Of a stretch of 64,000 nt of DNA, positions 18,966 through 28,577 are shown in pieces. The notes under the pieces are model-generated. The model ran no database searches, was not told the DNA's origin, and saw only the letters and a program-made list of their open reading frames with translations. The translations under genes and the position numbers were made by a program. This DNA is from a virus, in the IMG/VR virus record IMGVR_UViG_3300037961_002813, positions 32,001 to 96,000 of that record. One strand, written 5' to 3'. Every line of letters starts with the position of its first letter. Position 1 is the first letter of the stretch.

Positions 18966-19294
18966 TCTTCTTCATCCTCCAAATCATCACCATAGACATT
19001 ACAACCCCACCCTTCTCTACAATAATCTTCGTGGTCTGCACCTGCATAACCTAAGTGTTCAAGTGCCATGTCCAAAGCACCGGAGTATTTGTCTATCTTT
19101 TGTTCAGCCTTGCTAAGTTCTTCACGCAACCGCTTGACTTCTGCTCGTAGTGTCGGTGCGTATTCAATCAAATATCTGTCATCATCGCTAAGTTCAATCA
19201 ACGACTTACTCAACTTACGCCACTCATCGGGTGAGTGCGCCCTTGTATAATGTAATATCATATCAATTTCTGTCGGTTCGTTTGTGTCACTCAT
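18962..19294 (-). CDS. EVKRLR array gene (degenerate N-terminal repeat MSDTNE)
   Basis: YAPTLRAEVKRLRE. Confidence 0.7.
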   Translation of the reverse strand: MSDTNEPTEIDMILHYTRAHSPDEWRKLSKSLIELSDDDRYLIEYAPTLRAEVKRLREELSKAEQKIDKYSGALDMALEHLGYAGADHEDYCREGWGCNVYGDDLEDEEE

Positions 19295-19520
19295 TCTCCA
19301 TCACCTTCTTCGATTTGCTTCGCCATGCCTCTAATCCATCATTCGATATAGGAAATACATTCATGTATTGCTCAACCCTCTCTATTGCTCGCTCAAGTGA
19401 AGAGTAACTATAGTTACCCATTAAGTCCACTACTTCTCTTAGGTCAGTGTCACCTAACCCATGTCTGTCCAACCATCGAAGGACATATACTGCTAATTGT
19501 TTTGTATCAGTTATCATCAA
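19287..19520 (-). CDS. Hypothetical protein
   Basis: First gene behind promoter copy 5. Confidence 0.6.
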   Translation of the reverse strand: MMITDTKQLAVYVLRWLDRHGLGDTDLREVVDLMGNYSYSSLERAIERVEQYMNVFPISNDGLEAWRSKSKKVMENE

Positions 19521-19525
19521 CCAAT

Positions 19526-19553
19526 ATTTCTTAGTTGGTTTATATATTATTTC
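19526..19553 (-). promoter_or_regulatory. Conserved early promoter, copy 5 (upstream of the repeat array)
   Basis: atttcttagttggtttatatattattt followed by ttcagt. Confidence 0.8.
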
Positions 19554-19567
19554 TTTCAGTGTTAATT

Positions 19568-20224
19568 TTAAGCAACTCTTCTCGCTATGTCGCCCACTCT
19601 TTGCTGTAATATACTCGCTGTGTTAGGGTTTTGAACTGCTTGGTCAATGGCACTACGCATAGCATCCTCGCCCCCGTATGTATCGTATGACCTACCTATG
19701 TCTTGTTCAGTTATGTGACCTAACTCATTAGGATTTTTCAGTCTTAAAGTATCGAGTTCACCTACGGTAGAACCAAACGCTGAACCTTTAGGTGCGCCCT
19801 GCGCTCTAAAAGCACCTGCCCCTCCAACATCAACATAGGATATACTACCATCGGGTAACACTATGGCATTGTCATTATCCAAACCTAGCATATCCCAATT
19901 AGCAATCATCGCATGCGGAACAATATCTCTCGCAGTATGCGCTCTATCTCTTATTGGTTGAATGTGGCGACCCTGCTGATACTCGGTTATCATGTGGTCA
20001 TCATCAAAGTGCGCTTGCGGAACGCCTACGCCTAATAGATTCAGTAAGCGATTCATCTCATACTCATTGCGAATATGAGCAGGACTACTACCACGCTTAG
20101 ATACGAAACGGCCTTGCGGTACATCGAATAGCCTTGCGCCTGTGCTACCGCCTAAGAACTGACCTCGTTCTCCCGCCTGTTGCCTCGCCCGAATCTCTTG
20201 CATGGCGAGTTCCATAGGCGACAT
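19568..20224 (-). CDS. HipA/PI3K-like kinase
   Basis: Gly loop LGGSTGA, VSK lysine, RNEY glutamate, ANWD...DN catalytic loop, YVDVGG and FRAQG..K. Start placed at MSPMELA after a GGTGA SD. Confidence 0.7.
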   Translation of the reverse strand: MSPMELAMQEIRARQQAGERGQFLGGSTGARLFDVPQGRFVSKRGSSPAHIRNEYEMNRLLNLLGVGVPQAHFDDDHMITEYQQGRHIQPIRDRAHTARDIVPHAMIANWDMLGLDNDNAIVLPDGSISYVDVGGAGAFRAQGAPKGSAFGSTVGELDTLRLKNPNELGHITEQDIGRSYDTYGGEDAMRSAIDQAVQNPNTASILQQRVGDIARRVA

Positions 20225-20262
20225 GGATTCACCTATGAGTGTCACCTAAATAACGACTATCA

Positions 20263-20856
20263 TCATTTAGGGATGTACATATCATACTCATGTGAGAACT
20301 GCTTTAGGAAATCTTCGGGCGAGTCATACTCCATTGACTTGACTATCTCATTCAAGAACTCATTAGCCATATCAGTCATCGCCTTACTCTCATCTGTGCG
20401 TGAGAGAATGAATGAACCATCGGGGAACAACCCACGCTCTACACCATCAAGCCATGCCCCGTACACGATGTCGGGAACATTACCATCATCATCAAAGAAA
20501 CTGATTTGATGTACTCTCCAATAAGAACCCATGTGGTCAAAGACAGGTTGTATCTTTAGACATGCTATCCATGACATAGGTACATCATACTCACTCGCAA
20601 GGTAGCGATAAGTGTTCACCCAAAAGAATGAGTCTATCTTTTCTGCTTCCATCATCTCTTGAACATATCCCATCCAACCTGTGTGTAGGTGGTTCTGTAA
20701 CTGTGCCGCATTCTTCAATGCCTTCAACGCATCCTCTTTCGCTTTGATGTAATCATGTATCTCTTGCGGCCACATGATTTTTCCTTGACCTTTCAAATCA
20801 TGTTGTAAGATAGAAAGCGAACCTATGATGTCATCAGCCTTGTATGTATCATTCAT
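20263..20856 (-). CDS. Hypothetical protein
   Basis: 197 aa with GAGGTGG SD. Confidence 0.65.
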   Translation of the reverse strand: MNDTYKADDIIGSLSILQHDLKGQGKIMWPQEIHDYIKAKEDALKALKNAAQLQNHLHTGWMGYVQEMMEAEKIDSFFWVNTYRYLASEYDVPMSWIACLKIQPVFDHMGSYWRVHQISFFDDDGNVPDIVYGAWLDGVERGLFPDGSFILSRTDESKAMTDMANEFLNEIVKSMEYDSPEDFLKQFSHEYDMYIPK

Positions 20857-21009
20857 TGTACCACCTCATAAGATTTAAACTCCCAAGACTCTCTCCACTC
20901 ATGTCCTTCATGACATACATATACTACAGTTAAATGTGTATCTTCAAATATATCTTTCCTATCCATATCATCACTACCACATACAGGGCATACTAAAGGT
21001 GCGGTTTTC

Positions 21010-21351
21010 TCACTCATGCTTAAGCCTCCATTGTCGCCTCTCCATAAGTCTCTTCATGTGGTTCATTCTTTCTGTAACAATCTTCTCATCACCATTAGCC
21101 CACAGTATTGCCTTCTCAAGAAGAGGCTCTACATCTGTGAATGAATTGTTGAAGAACTTGATGTACTCTAAGTATTCTGCGAGTGTTTCAAAGTCATAGT
21201 GTTCTTGTTCGTAGATGTCGTTATCGTCGTATCTGTCATCATCTATACAGAAGTACTTGTGGTTCTCATGGTCTTTATGGTAATCAGTTGCGCCTTTTGG
21301 TATCTCGTAACTGATGTAGTTGTCTTTGGTATTCACGCTCATGTTAGTCAC
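21010..21351 (-). CDS. Hypothetical acidic protein
   Basis: ORF in a co-directional chain. Confidence 0.55.
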   Translation of the reverse strand: MTNMSVNTKDNYISYEIPKGATDYHKDHENHKYFCIDDDRYDDNDIYEQEHYDFETLAEYLEYIKFFNNSFTDVEPLLEKAILWANGDEKIVTERMNHMKRLMERRQWRLKHE

Positions 21352-21529
21352 CTCTTGTAAATGGATTCTTGCGTGTGTCCTTCGTTGTGTCTTTGGGTAC
21401 TTTCATTACCAAAACTAAGTCATCCATGTCTACTGCTTCGGCAATAAAGGTGTGGTCGAAGTCCGGTTTAGTTGTGTATAGGTCACCATCAACATAAAAA
21501 TATATGTTGGCTAATTGTATGTCACTCAT
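21344..21529 (-). CDS. Hypothetical protein
   Basis: 61 aa with ATGA overlap. Confidence 0.5.
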   Translation of the reverse strand: MSDIQLANIYFYVDGDLYTTKPDFDHTFIAEAVDMDDLVLVMKVPKDTTKDTRKNPFTRGD

Positions 21530-21921
21530 TCTTCTGCCTCCTTGTATTCATCATCAACTATTTTCAGTAAGTCATTCTGTAGTGCGAAGTCTATCAGTTC
21601 CGAACACTTGACTGAACTTGCATTCAAGTGTAACACAAAGATGTCATCGTTATCTCTTATCTCAAAGGCTACGCAGTTTGTGTACTTGGTAAGAGTCACA
21701 CCACGAATGTAGTACTTCTCATTAGAAGCAAATGAGTTGTGTGTTGCACTACGGAAGGATAACCATTCAGTCATCTTCGTAGGCACGCTGAACTTTTCAG
21801 CATAACCATATTCACGATTCGCTGTCACCTCACCTTTACCCTGTACATGTAGTACTCCGTCACCGGCACTCACTCTTACTTGCAATACATTATCATTATC
21901 TTTTTTACTCATAATTCTCAT
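21526..21921 (-). CDS. Hypothetical protein
   Basis: Behind promoter copy 6. Confidence 0.6.
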   Translation of the reverse strand: MRIMSKKDNDNVLQVRVSAGDGVLHVQGKGEVTANREYGYAEKFSVPTKMTEWLSFRSATHNSFASNEKYYIRGVTLTKYTNCVAFEIRDNDDIFVLHLNASSVKCSELIDFALQNDLLKIVDDEYKEAEE

Positions 21922-21925
21922 CTCT

Positions 21926-21952
21926 CATTTCTTATTTGGTTTATATATCATT
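21926..21952 (-). promoter_or_regulatory. Conserved early promoter, copy 6
   Basis: catttcttatttggtttatatatcatt. Confidence 0.8.
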
Positions 21953-22172
21953 CTTCTTCTTCATCGTTTTCTAACTTGGCTCTAGTGGGTATCACGAACT
22001 TAGGTGCATTCATGTTAGGTGGATTGAAAACTTCCCAACCCCTGTTGGTCTGCCGTATCAAGTCGCCTATCACTACCTCTATCCTACAGTTGTGTTCTTC
22101 TCTTACTTGGTAGATGTTCCCACCAATGTATTCTATGTCTATCCATTTGTTCTGTCCTAATACTAACCTCAT
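21948..22172 (-). CDS. Hypothetical protein
   Basis: ATGA overlap with the helicase stop. Confidence 0.55.
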   Translation of the reverse strand: MRLVLGQNKWIDIEYIGGNIYQVREEHNCRIEVVIGDLIRQTNRGWEVFNPPNMNAPKFVIPTRAKLENDEEEE

Positions 22173-24733
22173 GCTTTCACTTCCTTTTTCTTTTGGATGA
22201 AACTTTTGGGTAGGTCTCCATCCTCAACCATTTGTTGTAAGAGCATAGTGGCTATACCCTTACGGTCATCCAAGTCACCACCATCAAGGATGGACTTGAT
22301 AACCTCACGCTTTGCTTCGACCACTGCGTTAAACTTCTCATCTATTGTTCCGGCTACAGTAAGGAACACTGCGTGTACACTGTTACTATCTTGACCGATA
22401 CGATTGACTCTATCTTCTGCTTGTTCCTCCCATGCCGGAGTCCACTCTCTCTCAACAAAGAGAACAGTGTCAGCCGCAGTAAGTGTGATACCTTCCTTAG
22501 CCGCAACAGTAGAACATAGAAGGACATCTAACTTACCTGCTTGGAACGCTTCGACTCTTATCTGTCTATCACTTGCTGATACTTGTCCGTTGATAACACC
22601 GCATCGCCACTGCTCTTTGCTGTTACCAAGTGCATCCCATATTCCTTTGAGTACATCTTGGTGGTGAGCAAAGACCACCACAGGCTTGCCTGTTATCTCT
22701 CGGTATTCAGTCAGCCATTCGACAGCCGACTCGACTTTGATTTTACCACACTCATGCCGCAAGTCTGTTAGCATGTTCAAGACGAAACCCTTTGGTGTAC
22801 TACCACTCATCAAGTGATACTCATACTCTTGTATCCATGACTGATGTAGAGCGTTGTAGTTAGTAAGTTGTTTCTTACTTGGCTTGACTGTGTGCATGGT
22901 GCGTATCTTGTCGGGTAGTTCATCGAGTACTTCCTTCTTGAGTCTACGGATACAGAAGTCTCTTGTGCGCTCATGTAACTCATCAGTGTTACTCGCACCG
23001 GAGTAGTCCCATCCCCAACCGTTGTCGAAAGCATCGCAGTATCTTTGTCCGTAGTTATAGAAACTATTGAACTCCGCAGGTCTAAGCAGGTTGAGTGTAG
23101 TAAAGAACTCCGATGGTCTGTTAGTGATAGCAGTACCACTCAAGCACAGGATTGATTCAGCATTAGAAGCAACCTCAAGCGTGGCTTGGGTACGCTTTGC
23201 TTTACTGTTCTTGACATAGTGTGACTCATCACAGATAACTATGTTGAACTCTTTGTCAAGTAACCCATCCATTCGCTTTGCCATTATCTCATAGTTACAG
23301 ATGACCACATCAGTATCCGGTATCACACCCTTACCACCTTCAAGTACACTCACTGTTAGATTAGGTAGCCACGCCATGAACTCCTTGCGCCAGTTATACT
23401 TTACATTAGAAGGACATACTACAAGAGCAGGTAACTTGTCTTGGTTAAGAGCAGTGTAAGCGATGGCTTGGATAGTCTTACCCACACCCATGTCATCACC
23501 TATCAAGGCACGACCTCCTGCTAACTGTGCAAACCTCACACCGACATATTGGAACGGGAACAACTCACGCCCTTCGGGGAAGTGGTTGGCTAACTCTTCA
23601 CGCATCTGTGTTACCATCTCTTCATCATCAAGTGCTGATGCACCACTGATGGAGATACGCTTGGCTCTCTCTTCCATCGCTGTGTGTATCTGTGGTATAG
23701 TCTCAAGAGCATCAACAAGTAACTTCGCTTCACTTAGGTTTTGTTTCTTTAGTCTGTCTATCAAAGCAGGTGCTTGATAGATACTGACTGACCATGACTT
23801 GTTATCGGGATTATACTTACGACCTTCTGTTGCTTTGACTTGTGCCATCACTCTCATACGCACATCCGGGTCAGCGATGTAAGGCCACTTCATTTCGATG
23901 GTAGTACCTTTGAGTGTGGCTGTGTAGTTAGTAACTTTCTTCACCACTTGTTTAGGTGTGAAAGTATGTTCACCTCTTAGTTGTGCAAGTGACTCATCAA
24001 AGAAACCTCCGGCTTCCTCAAGCACACGCACAGCAGTATCAAGAGTATCCTTGTCATCATTGAGTGTCCACTTCTTTCTTGAACCATCGAACTTAACTCT
24101 TGGAAACTGTAAGGCTTGCTTGAGTGCTTGGTTGAACTCATTGTTGTACGCATAGGTAAGAGCGATACGCTTGGTCTTGAACTCCTTGCCCCACTTGTTT
24201 TTCCACACATCATCTACAAGTTTAACACTGATAGTAAGTGAGAAAGGTGGAGTCCAACTGTTTACATAGTCCTCGATGAAAGCCTCCGCCTCATCTTTCT
24301 CAAGTCCGTGTGAGTACATGACAGCATTGACAACGAACTCATCAAAGACATTCTCCCTACCTCTAAGTTTAGTGTTAAGTAAACTCATGGTGCTTGCCTC
24401 TTTCTTTCTTTGTATAGACTGTAACTCTTGGAGTATCTCATACTTACGCTTGGCTTCTTCACCAACCATCTTCATCTCAAGTAAGAAAGAACTTACATCC
24501 GTATGACCATCGAGTAGTCCTGTGTCTGCAAGTATGCTTGGTAACTGTGTGTTCCTATATTTGTAGAGGCGTTCAGCCGCCTCAAGTAACTCATGCTTCT
24601 CCATCGTATCCTTGTGTGCTATCCTGTCGAAGAAAGGGAAGTCTGCTTTGTTAGCACCTATCCCATCATCCATTACAGGCGCACCATAACCAACGAAGGT
24701 TCGTATCATTCTGTGTACTATATCTGTGTTCAC
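22169..24733 (-). CDS. SNF2-family (SMARCAL1/HARP-like) helicase
   Basis: GDDMGVGKT, ICDESH, LSGTA..NRP, RRLKKEVL.ELP.K, EGITLTAAD, QAEDRVNRIGQ; N-terminal HARP-like FDG..KKW and YNP..KSW segments. Confidence 0.95.
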   Translation of the reverse strand: MNTDIVHRMIRTFVGYGAPVMDDGIGANKADFPFFDRIAHKDTMEKHELLEAAERLYKYRNTQLPSILADTGLLDGHTDVSSFLLEMKMVGEEAKRKYEILQELQSIQRKKEASTMSLLNTKLRGRENVFDEFVVNAVMYSHGLEKDEAEAFIEDYVNSWTPPFSLTISVKLVDDVWKNKWGKEFKTKRIALTYAYNNEFNQALKQALQFPRVKFDGSRKKWTLNDDKDTLDTAVRVLEEAGGFFDESLAQLRGEHTFTPKQVVKKVTNYTATLKGTTIEMKWPYIADPDVRMRVMAQVKATEGRKYNPDNKSWSVSIYQAPALIDRLKKQNLSEAKLLVDALETIPQIHTAMEERAKRISISGASALDDEEMVTQMREELANHFPEGRELFPFQYVGVRFAQLAGGRALIGDDMGVGKTIQAIAYTALNQDKLPALVVCPSNVKYNWRKEFMAWLPNLTVSVLEGGKGVIPDTDVVICNYEIMAKRMDGLLDKEFNIVICDESHYVKNSKAKRTQATLEVASNAESILCLSGTAITNRPSEFFTTLNLLRPAEFNSFYNYGQRYCDAFDNGWGWDYSGASNTDELHERTRDFCIRRLKKEVLDELPDKIRTMHTVKPSKKQLTNYNALHQSWIQEYEYHLMSGSTPKGFVLNMLTDLRHECGKIKVESAVEWLTEYREITGKPVVVFAHHQDVLKGIWDALGNSKEQWRCGVINGQVSASDRQIRVEAFQAGKLDVLLCSTVAAKEGITLTAADTVLFVEREWTPAWEEQAEDRVNRIGQDSNSVHAVFLTVAGTIDEKFNAVVEAKREVIKSILDGGDLDDRKGIATMLLQQMVEDGDLPKSFIQKKKEVKA

Positions 24734-25761
24734 TCTTTCACCCCCACTGTCTTGTCACAGTTTCTACACTCAAGGTCACCGAACTGTGGGTTGATGCGAG
24801 TGATGTCTGTAACTTTGAAGAACTGTTTGCATGCACCACATTCAAACTTACCACCGTGTGACTCAACACCTGTCAAGTCAGCGAAGCATTGTATACACTC
24901 CGGCTCACCATCAGCGAACTCAACAAGAGGTAGGTATTCATGACACGCAGGACAGTGCTTTGTACCATCCACTACATCTTCATGGAAGGCATCTATCAAG
25001 TCATCGTAGTCCATGTCTAGGTCAGTAGTAGTAACTCCTTTTCCCTTATCAGCAACCTTGTAGTTTGGTGGGTCGTACAAAGTAGACCAACCACTGTAAC
25101 TACCACCCCATGATGGTTCGTGAACTTTGTTTTCACCAAGTGGTATCTCACACACATCAGCGATGTATTGCTGTTGGCTCTTGGCTTCTACCGCATGAGT
25201 ACAGTGTTGCTCACGCACCCACTCTACTAACTCACCTGCATCTTTCCATGTGTGTTGCTCGGTTGGTATTAGGTAGTGAGCAAGTATGGCTAACTGAACT
25301 CCGGTACGACCATGCCCGCCCGCACACTGTGTGGATATAACTTTGATGTCGAACTCCTTGATGTCATCAAGTAGTGCATACCAAAAGTACTTGCTGACTT
25401 TAGGTATGGAGAAGTCCGGCCAGTCTAAAGATACAAAGTGTGGCGGAGTACTGTTAGTAAGATGTTGCTCACATGACCAACCCTCCGGTACTTCAGTCTT
25501 GGAACTAAGTAAGTTCATACCTAGAGTCTCGCTTGGTGCTATCGCTAACTGTGGTAGTGGACTCATCAAGTGCCAACCACCGTTGCGGTTACGCCCGCCC
25601 GCCCATACTTCAACACCATCATCGGTCTTGAAGATAAGGTTGTGTCCTGTGTGGCAAGTCTGCTTGCTTACCCATGTGCCTGTATTTTTCTTTGCTTGTT
25701 TCATTTTCTTCATCTCCTTTTTCTTTGCTTGCTTTCGTTGTCTTGCTTTTCTCTTTCCCAT
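24730..25761 (-). CDS. Tyrosine/dual-specificity phosphatase with C-terminal Zn fingers
   Basis: WPD loop (LDWPDF), QCAGGHGRTG (CX5R), AVE...QQ Q-loop, four C-terminal CxxC pairs. Confidence 0.9.
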   Translation of the reverse strand: MGKRKARQRKQAKKKEMKKMKQAKKNTGTWVSKQTCHTGHNLIFKTDDGVEVWAGGRNRNGGWHLMSPLPQLAIAPSETLGMNLLSSKTEVPEGWSCEQHLTNSTPPHFVSLDWPDFSIPKVSKYFWYALLDDIKEFDIKVISTQCAGGHGRTGVQLAILAHYLIPTEQHTWKDAGELVEWVREQHCTHAVEAKSQQQYIADVCEIPLGENKVHEPSWGGSYSGWSTLYDPPNYKVADKGKGVTTTDLDMDYDDLIDAFHEDVVDGTKHCPACHEYLPLVEFADGEPECIQCFADLTGVESHGGKFECGACKQFFKVTDITRINPQFGDLECRNCDKTVGVKE

Positions 25762-28418
25762 TACTCATCATCTCCTTCTGCGAACTCCCATACTCCCATC
25801 TCAACATCTTCTTCATTAGTTAAGTGTGAAGGTAGGTCAAGTTTCTCGGTAACTGTTAGGACACCCTCCATCACACAAGTAAGTACATACTGCATGCTCA
25901 CATTTTCAACCATCTGTTTATCCCATGCCGAGTGCATACCTAGTGGATTTAGTGGATACTTACCCAACGCTACATGGTAAAACATAAGAGGCTCAAAGAT
26001 ACTGTCATATAACTCCACACCATAACAGTTGCACAGTTCATACACCTCTTTCTCTAGTGCTTTCAAGTCTGTCTCACCTACCCATTGGTTCATCTTTAGG
26101 AACTCACCTGTGTTTTCTGTTGGCATCTGTGCTAACCATGCGGAGTAGTACTTGTTCAGTTTGTCAGTAACCCACTGCGGCATGTCAAAGTGTTTCTTCA
26201 AGAAGGCTGATGCTAGTAGGTAAGTGGTTTGGTTGTAGGTACTTTCCTTAGCCATGTTCTTGAAGGTAAAGATGAGTGAGTCTATCAAGGGAACACTAGG
26301 TGGGGAAGGAGGGGTATCACTAGGTAAGGACATATCAAGTTCCTTGTCCGGCACAGGTGGTGCTAAGTCAGTCTGCTTTTGCTGACCTAACATATCATGT
26401 GCATGAGTCTTGCATGTAGGACACTTGGTGTGACCACAAGGGATGAAGTAAGATGCGGAAGTATCACTGCCGTACTTACCGTGATGCCACTTGTTGAAGT
26501 CCTCCGGTAGTTGGTGGTACACTACCGGGAGGTCATCGTCAAGGAACATAGGATGCTTTGCCATGTACTCAAAGGAGTGACCAAGCCTGTTGTTGGCGTA
26601 GTTAGTAACTGCTGTGTAGTCATGAAGGTTGTTGAAGGTCATACCACGCTTGTCCCACGCATCCTTAGCGGCATAGAAGATGTTGAAGATGTTGTTCTTA
26701 CGCTCACGCATAGTGTTTGCTGTGATAACACCGATGTCAGTACCCATGTCGAAGGCTATCTTCTGTATGAACTTGTCAAGGAAGAAGCCGTTGTTGTGTA
26801 CGATGTTCTCACAGTCATTGGTAACACCACATAGGTAACTCATGTTCTCTTTGTTAGGAGTCTCTTGCATCTGCTTGATGGCCTTAGCAACAAGGAGTGC
26901 TTTGTTGGTAGCGTCGGCATACTTAGTGCCACCGTAGCCACCACTCCAACCTGTGTCGTAGACTTTCTTCAACCATGTTAGCCCACCGATGTAAGAGTCA
27001 AGAGTGATAGGTACTTGCTCGACAGTAGAGTAGAAGGCTTGCCTGTCTGTGGTTAGGTGGTTAGTGATGTTAAGAAGTTCAGCCTCACGGTCATGCCACT
27101 TGCCGTAGTACAAAGCGTGTAGTGTAGTCCAGTGCAAAGGAGTCTTGTTCTTCTTCTGTCCGTAGTGTCTTGCTTCACCAAGTGATACGGAGTAAGGTGC
27201 GGCTACCATGTAACCGGCAAAGACACCTGCAAGGTAAGCAGTTTGTTCCGGCTCATGAAGCATCTGTCCATCCATGTACTGATGGAACAAGTTAGACAAC
27301 CAACCGTACTGACGGGAGTGGTTGTATAAACCAACATCAACACCCTCCATGAAAGCATCTGCATACTCCATGATGTCATAAGGCACAGGCTCTATGGAAG
27401 GGTCGTCACATACCCAACCGCTAACGACTTGAACATAAGTGTCACCAACATTGACAGCACCCTTGATGTAAGGAACATTATACTTAACACACTGACCACA
27501 GTGATGAGTACCGTCAGTACCAAGAGGGTGAGATACTACAAGACCATCCTTGCCCGCATGCTCACGCAACTGTTCTTCAAGCCACGCTAACTCCGAGTCA
27601 TCAGCACACTTGACATGGATGATTTGCTTGACCTCGACCATACCATCGTCGCAACCAAAGAGGTTACCACTGTACAGGTTACCATCAAAGTCACTTGGCA
27701 TAGAAGGGGCAGGTGCTATTGGTGGTGCGCCATGAGAACCACGCAACTGAACTAAGTAAGTGTCACGAACCATGTAACCATTAGAGTTACGGGCATCCCT
27801 CGCTTGAGTGCTAACGAACTCTAACTCTATCTTGCTTGGGTCTATGTCTATCTTATCTAAGTCATGGGTGAGGTAGTTGTCATGTCCAACCTTGAGGATG
27901 ACTTTGAAACAGTCCTCACCTGCTGTGACACCTGCATTACCTTCACCGAAAACTATGTGAGAGTTGGGGTACATAACTGCTGATGCTACTGCATCAACGA
28001 AGGGTTGTACTATGAGCATACCTTGAGGGTCTATGTAACCATGCTTGTATGCGGGAGTTTCACTTGGGTCTTTGGACAACATAGTTCTAACTATGCGCTC
28101 TACTATCTCTCTTGCATCATCAAGAGTAGCGGCAGGAGAGGACTCAAGTACGCCCGGTCTAGGGTTGAGAGGGCATGCTCGTATGAACATCGGTCTATCT
28201 TCGGAGTAACTACGGCTACTCCATATCTTATCTATCGTTTCCAACGCTTCACTCACGAAGCGTTCCGTAGTCTCTTCGTCAAGGATGTCTCCCCACTGTA
28301 GACTCCACTTGATGTCATCAGTATCAAGCGTGGCGAGGTCTTGGTACAACCTACCATTGGTTTTTGCGGTCACATATTTTGCTAAGGCTTCTGCTTTTTG
28401 GCTCATCATATTTCTCAT
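25761..28418 (-). CDS. PPDK/PEP-synthase-like dikinase (ATP-grasp plus His swivel domain) with an unknown C-terminal domain
   Basis: FIRAC...RPGVLES, IVQPFV..SAV, ELEFV..YLVQLR (nucleotide-binding); GTDGTHHCGQCVKYNVPYI resembles the GG.TSHAA...GIP phospho-His motif. Confidence 0.65.
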   Translation of the reverse strand: MRNMMSQKAEALAKYVTAKTNGRLYQDLATLDTDDIKWSLQWGDILDEETTERFVSEALETIDKIWSSRSYSEDRPMFIRACPLNPRPGVLESSPAATLDDAREIVERIVRTMLSKDPSETPAYKHGYIDPQGMLIVQPFVDAVASAVMYPNSHIVFGEGNAGVTAGEDCFKVILKVGHDNYLTHDLDKIDIDPSKIELEFVSTQARDARNSNGYMVRDTYLVQLRGSHGAPPIAPAPSMPSDFDGNLYSGNLFGCDDGMVEVKQIIHVKCADDSELAWLEEQLREHAGKDGLVVSHPLGTDGTHHCGQCVKYNVPYIKGAVNVGDTYVQVVSGWVCDDPSIEPVPYDIMEYADAFMEGVDVGLYNHSRQYGWLSNLFHQYMDGQMLHEPEQTAYLAGVFAGYMVAAPYSVSLGEARHYGQKKNKTPLHWTTLHALYYGKWHDREAELLNITNHLTTDRQAFYSTVEQVPITLDSYIGGLTWLKKVYDTGWSGGYGGTKYADATNKALLVAKAIKQMQETPNKENMSYLCGVTNDCENIVHNNGFFLDKFIQKIAFDMGTDIGVITANTMRERKNNIFNIFYAAKDAWDKRGMTFNNLHDYTAVTNYANNRLGHSFEYMAKHPMFLDDDLPVVYHQLPEDFNKWHHGKYGSDTSASYFIPCGHTKCPTCKTHAHDMLGQQKQTDLAPPVPDKELDMSLPSDTPPSPPSVPLIDSLIFTFKNMAKESTYNQTTYLLASAFLKKHFDMPQWVTDKLNKYYSAWLAQMPTENTGEFLKMNQWVGETDLKALEKEVYELCNCYGVELYDSIFEPLMFYHVALGKYPLNPLGMHSAWDKQMVENVSMQYVLTCVMEGVLTVTEKLDLPSHLTNEEDVEMGVWEFAEGDDE

Positions 28419-28423
28419 CTCCT

Positions 28424-28450
28424 ATTTCTTTCTTGGTTTATATATCATTT
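28424..28450 (-). promoter_or_regulatory. Conserved early promoter, copy 7
   Basis: atttctttcttggtttatatatcattt. Confidence 0.8.
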
Positions 28451-28577
28451 TCATTCAGTCTATCTTTCTTGTTTGGTATCTCGTGCATAGGTGGGGGTGT
28501 CCATTCACCCACGCCCATGATTAGTTCTTGGAACTCGTATGCTTTCACAAACGATATGGTGAAAACTATTTCGCTAC

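Larger units (their letters stand above)
17558..19142. repeat. Alternating DNA repeats: B (tcacgcaaccgcttgacttct, six copies) and A (tatttgtctgtgtcaatcattc, five copies)
   Basis: B at 17558, 17968, 18150, 18356, 18688, 19122; A at about 17777, 18052, 18246, 18545, 18946. Confidence 0.95.

Noticed and set aside
17558-19142. CRISPR array interpretation of the alternating repeats
   Set aside because: Two different repeats alternate, the spacers are long and very uneven in length, everything is in-frame coding, and no cas genes are present.
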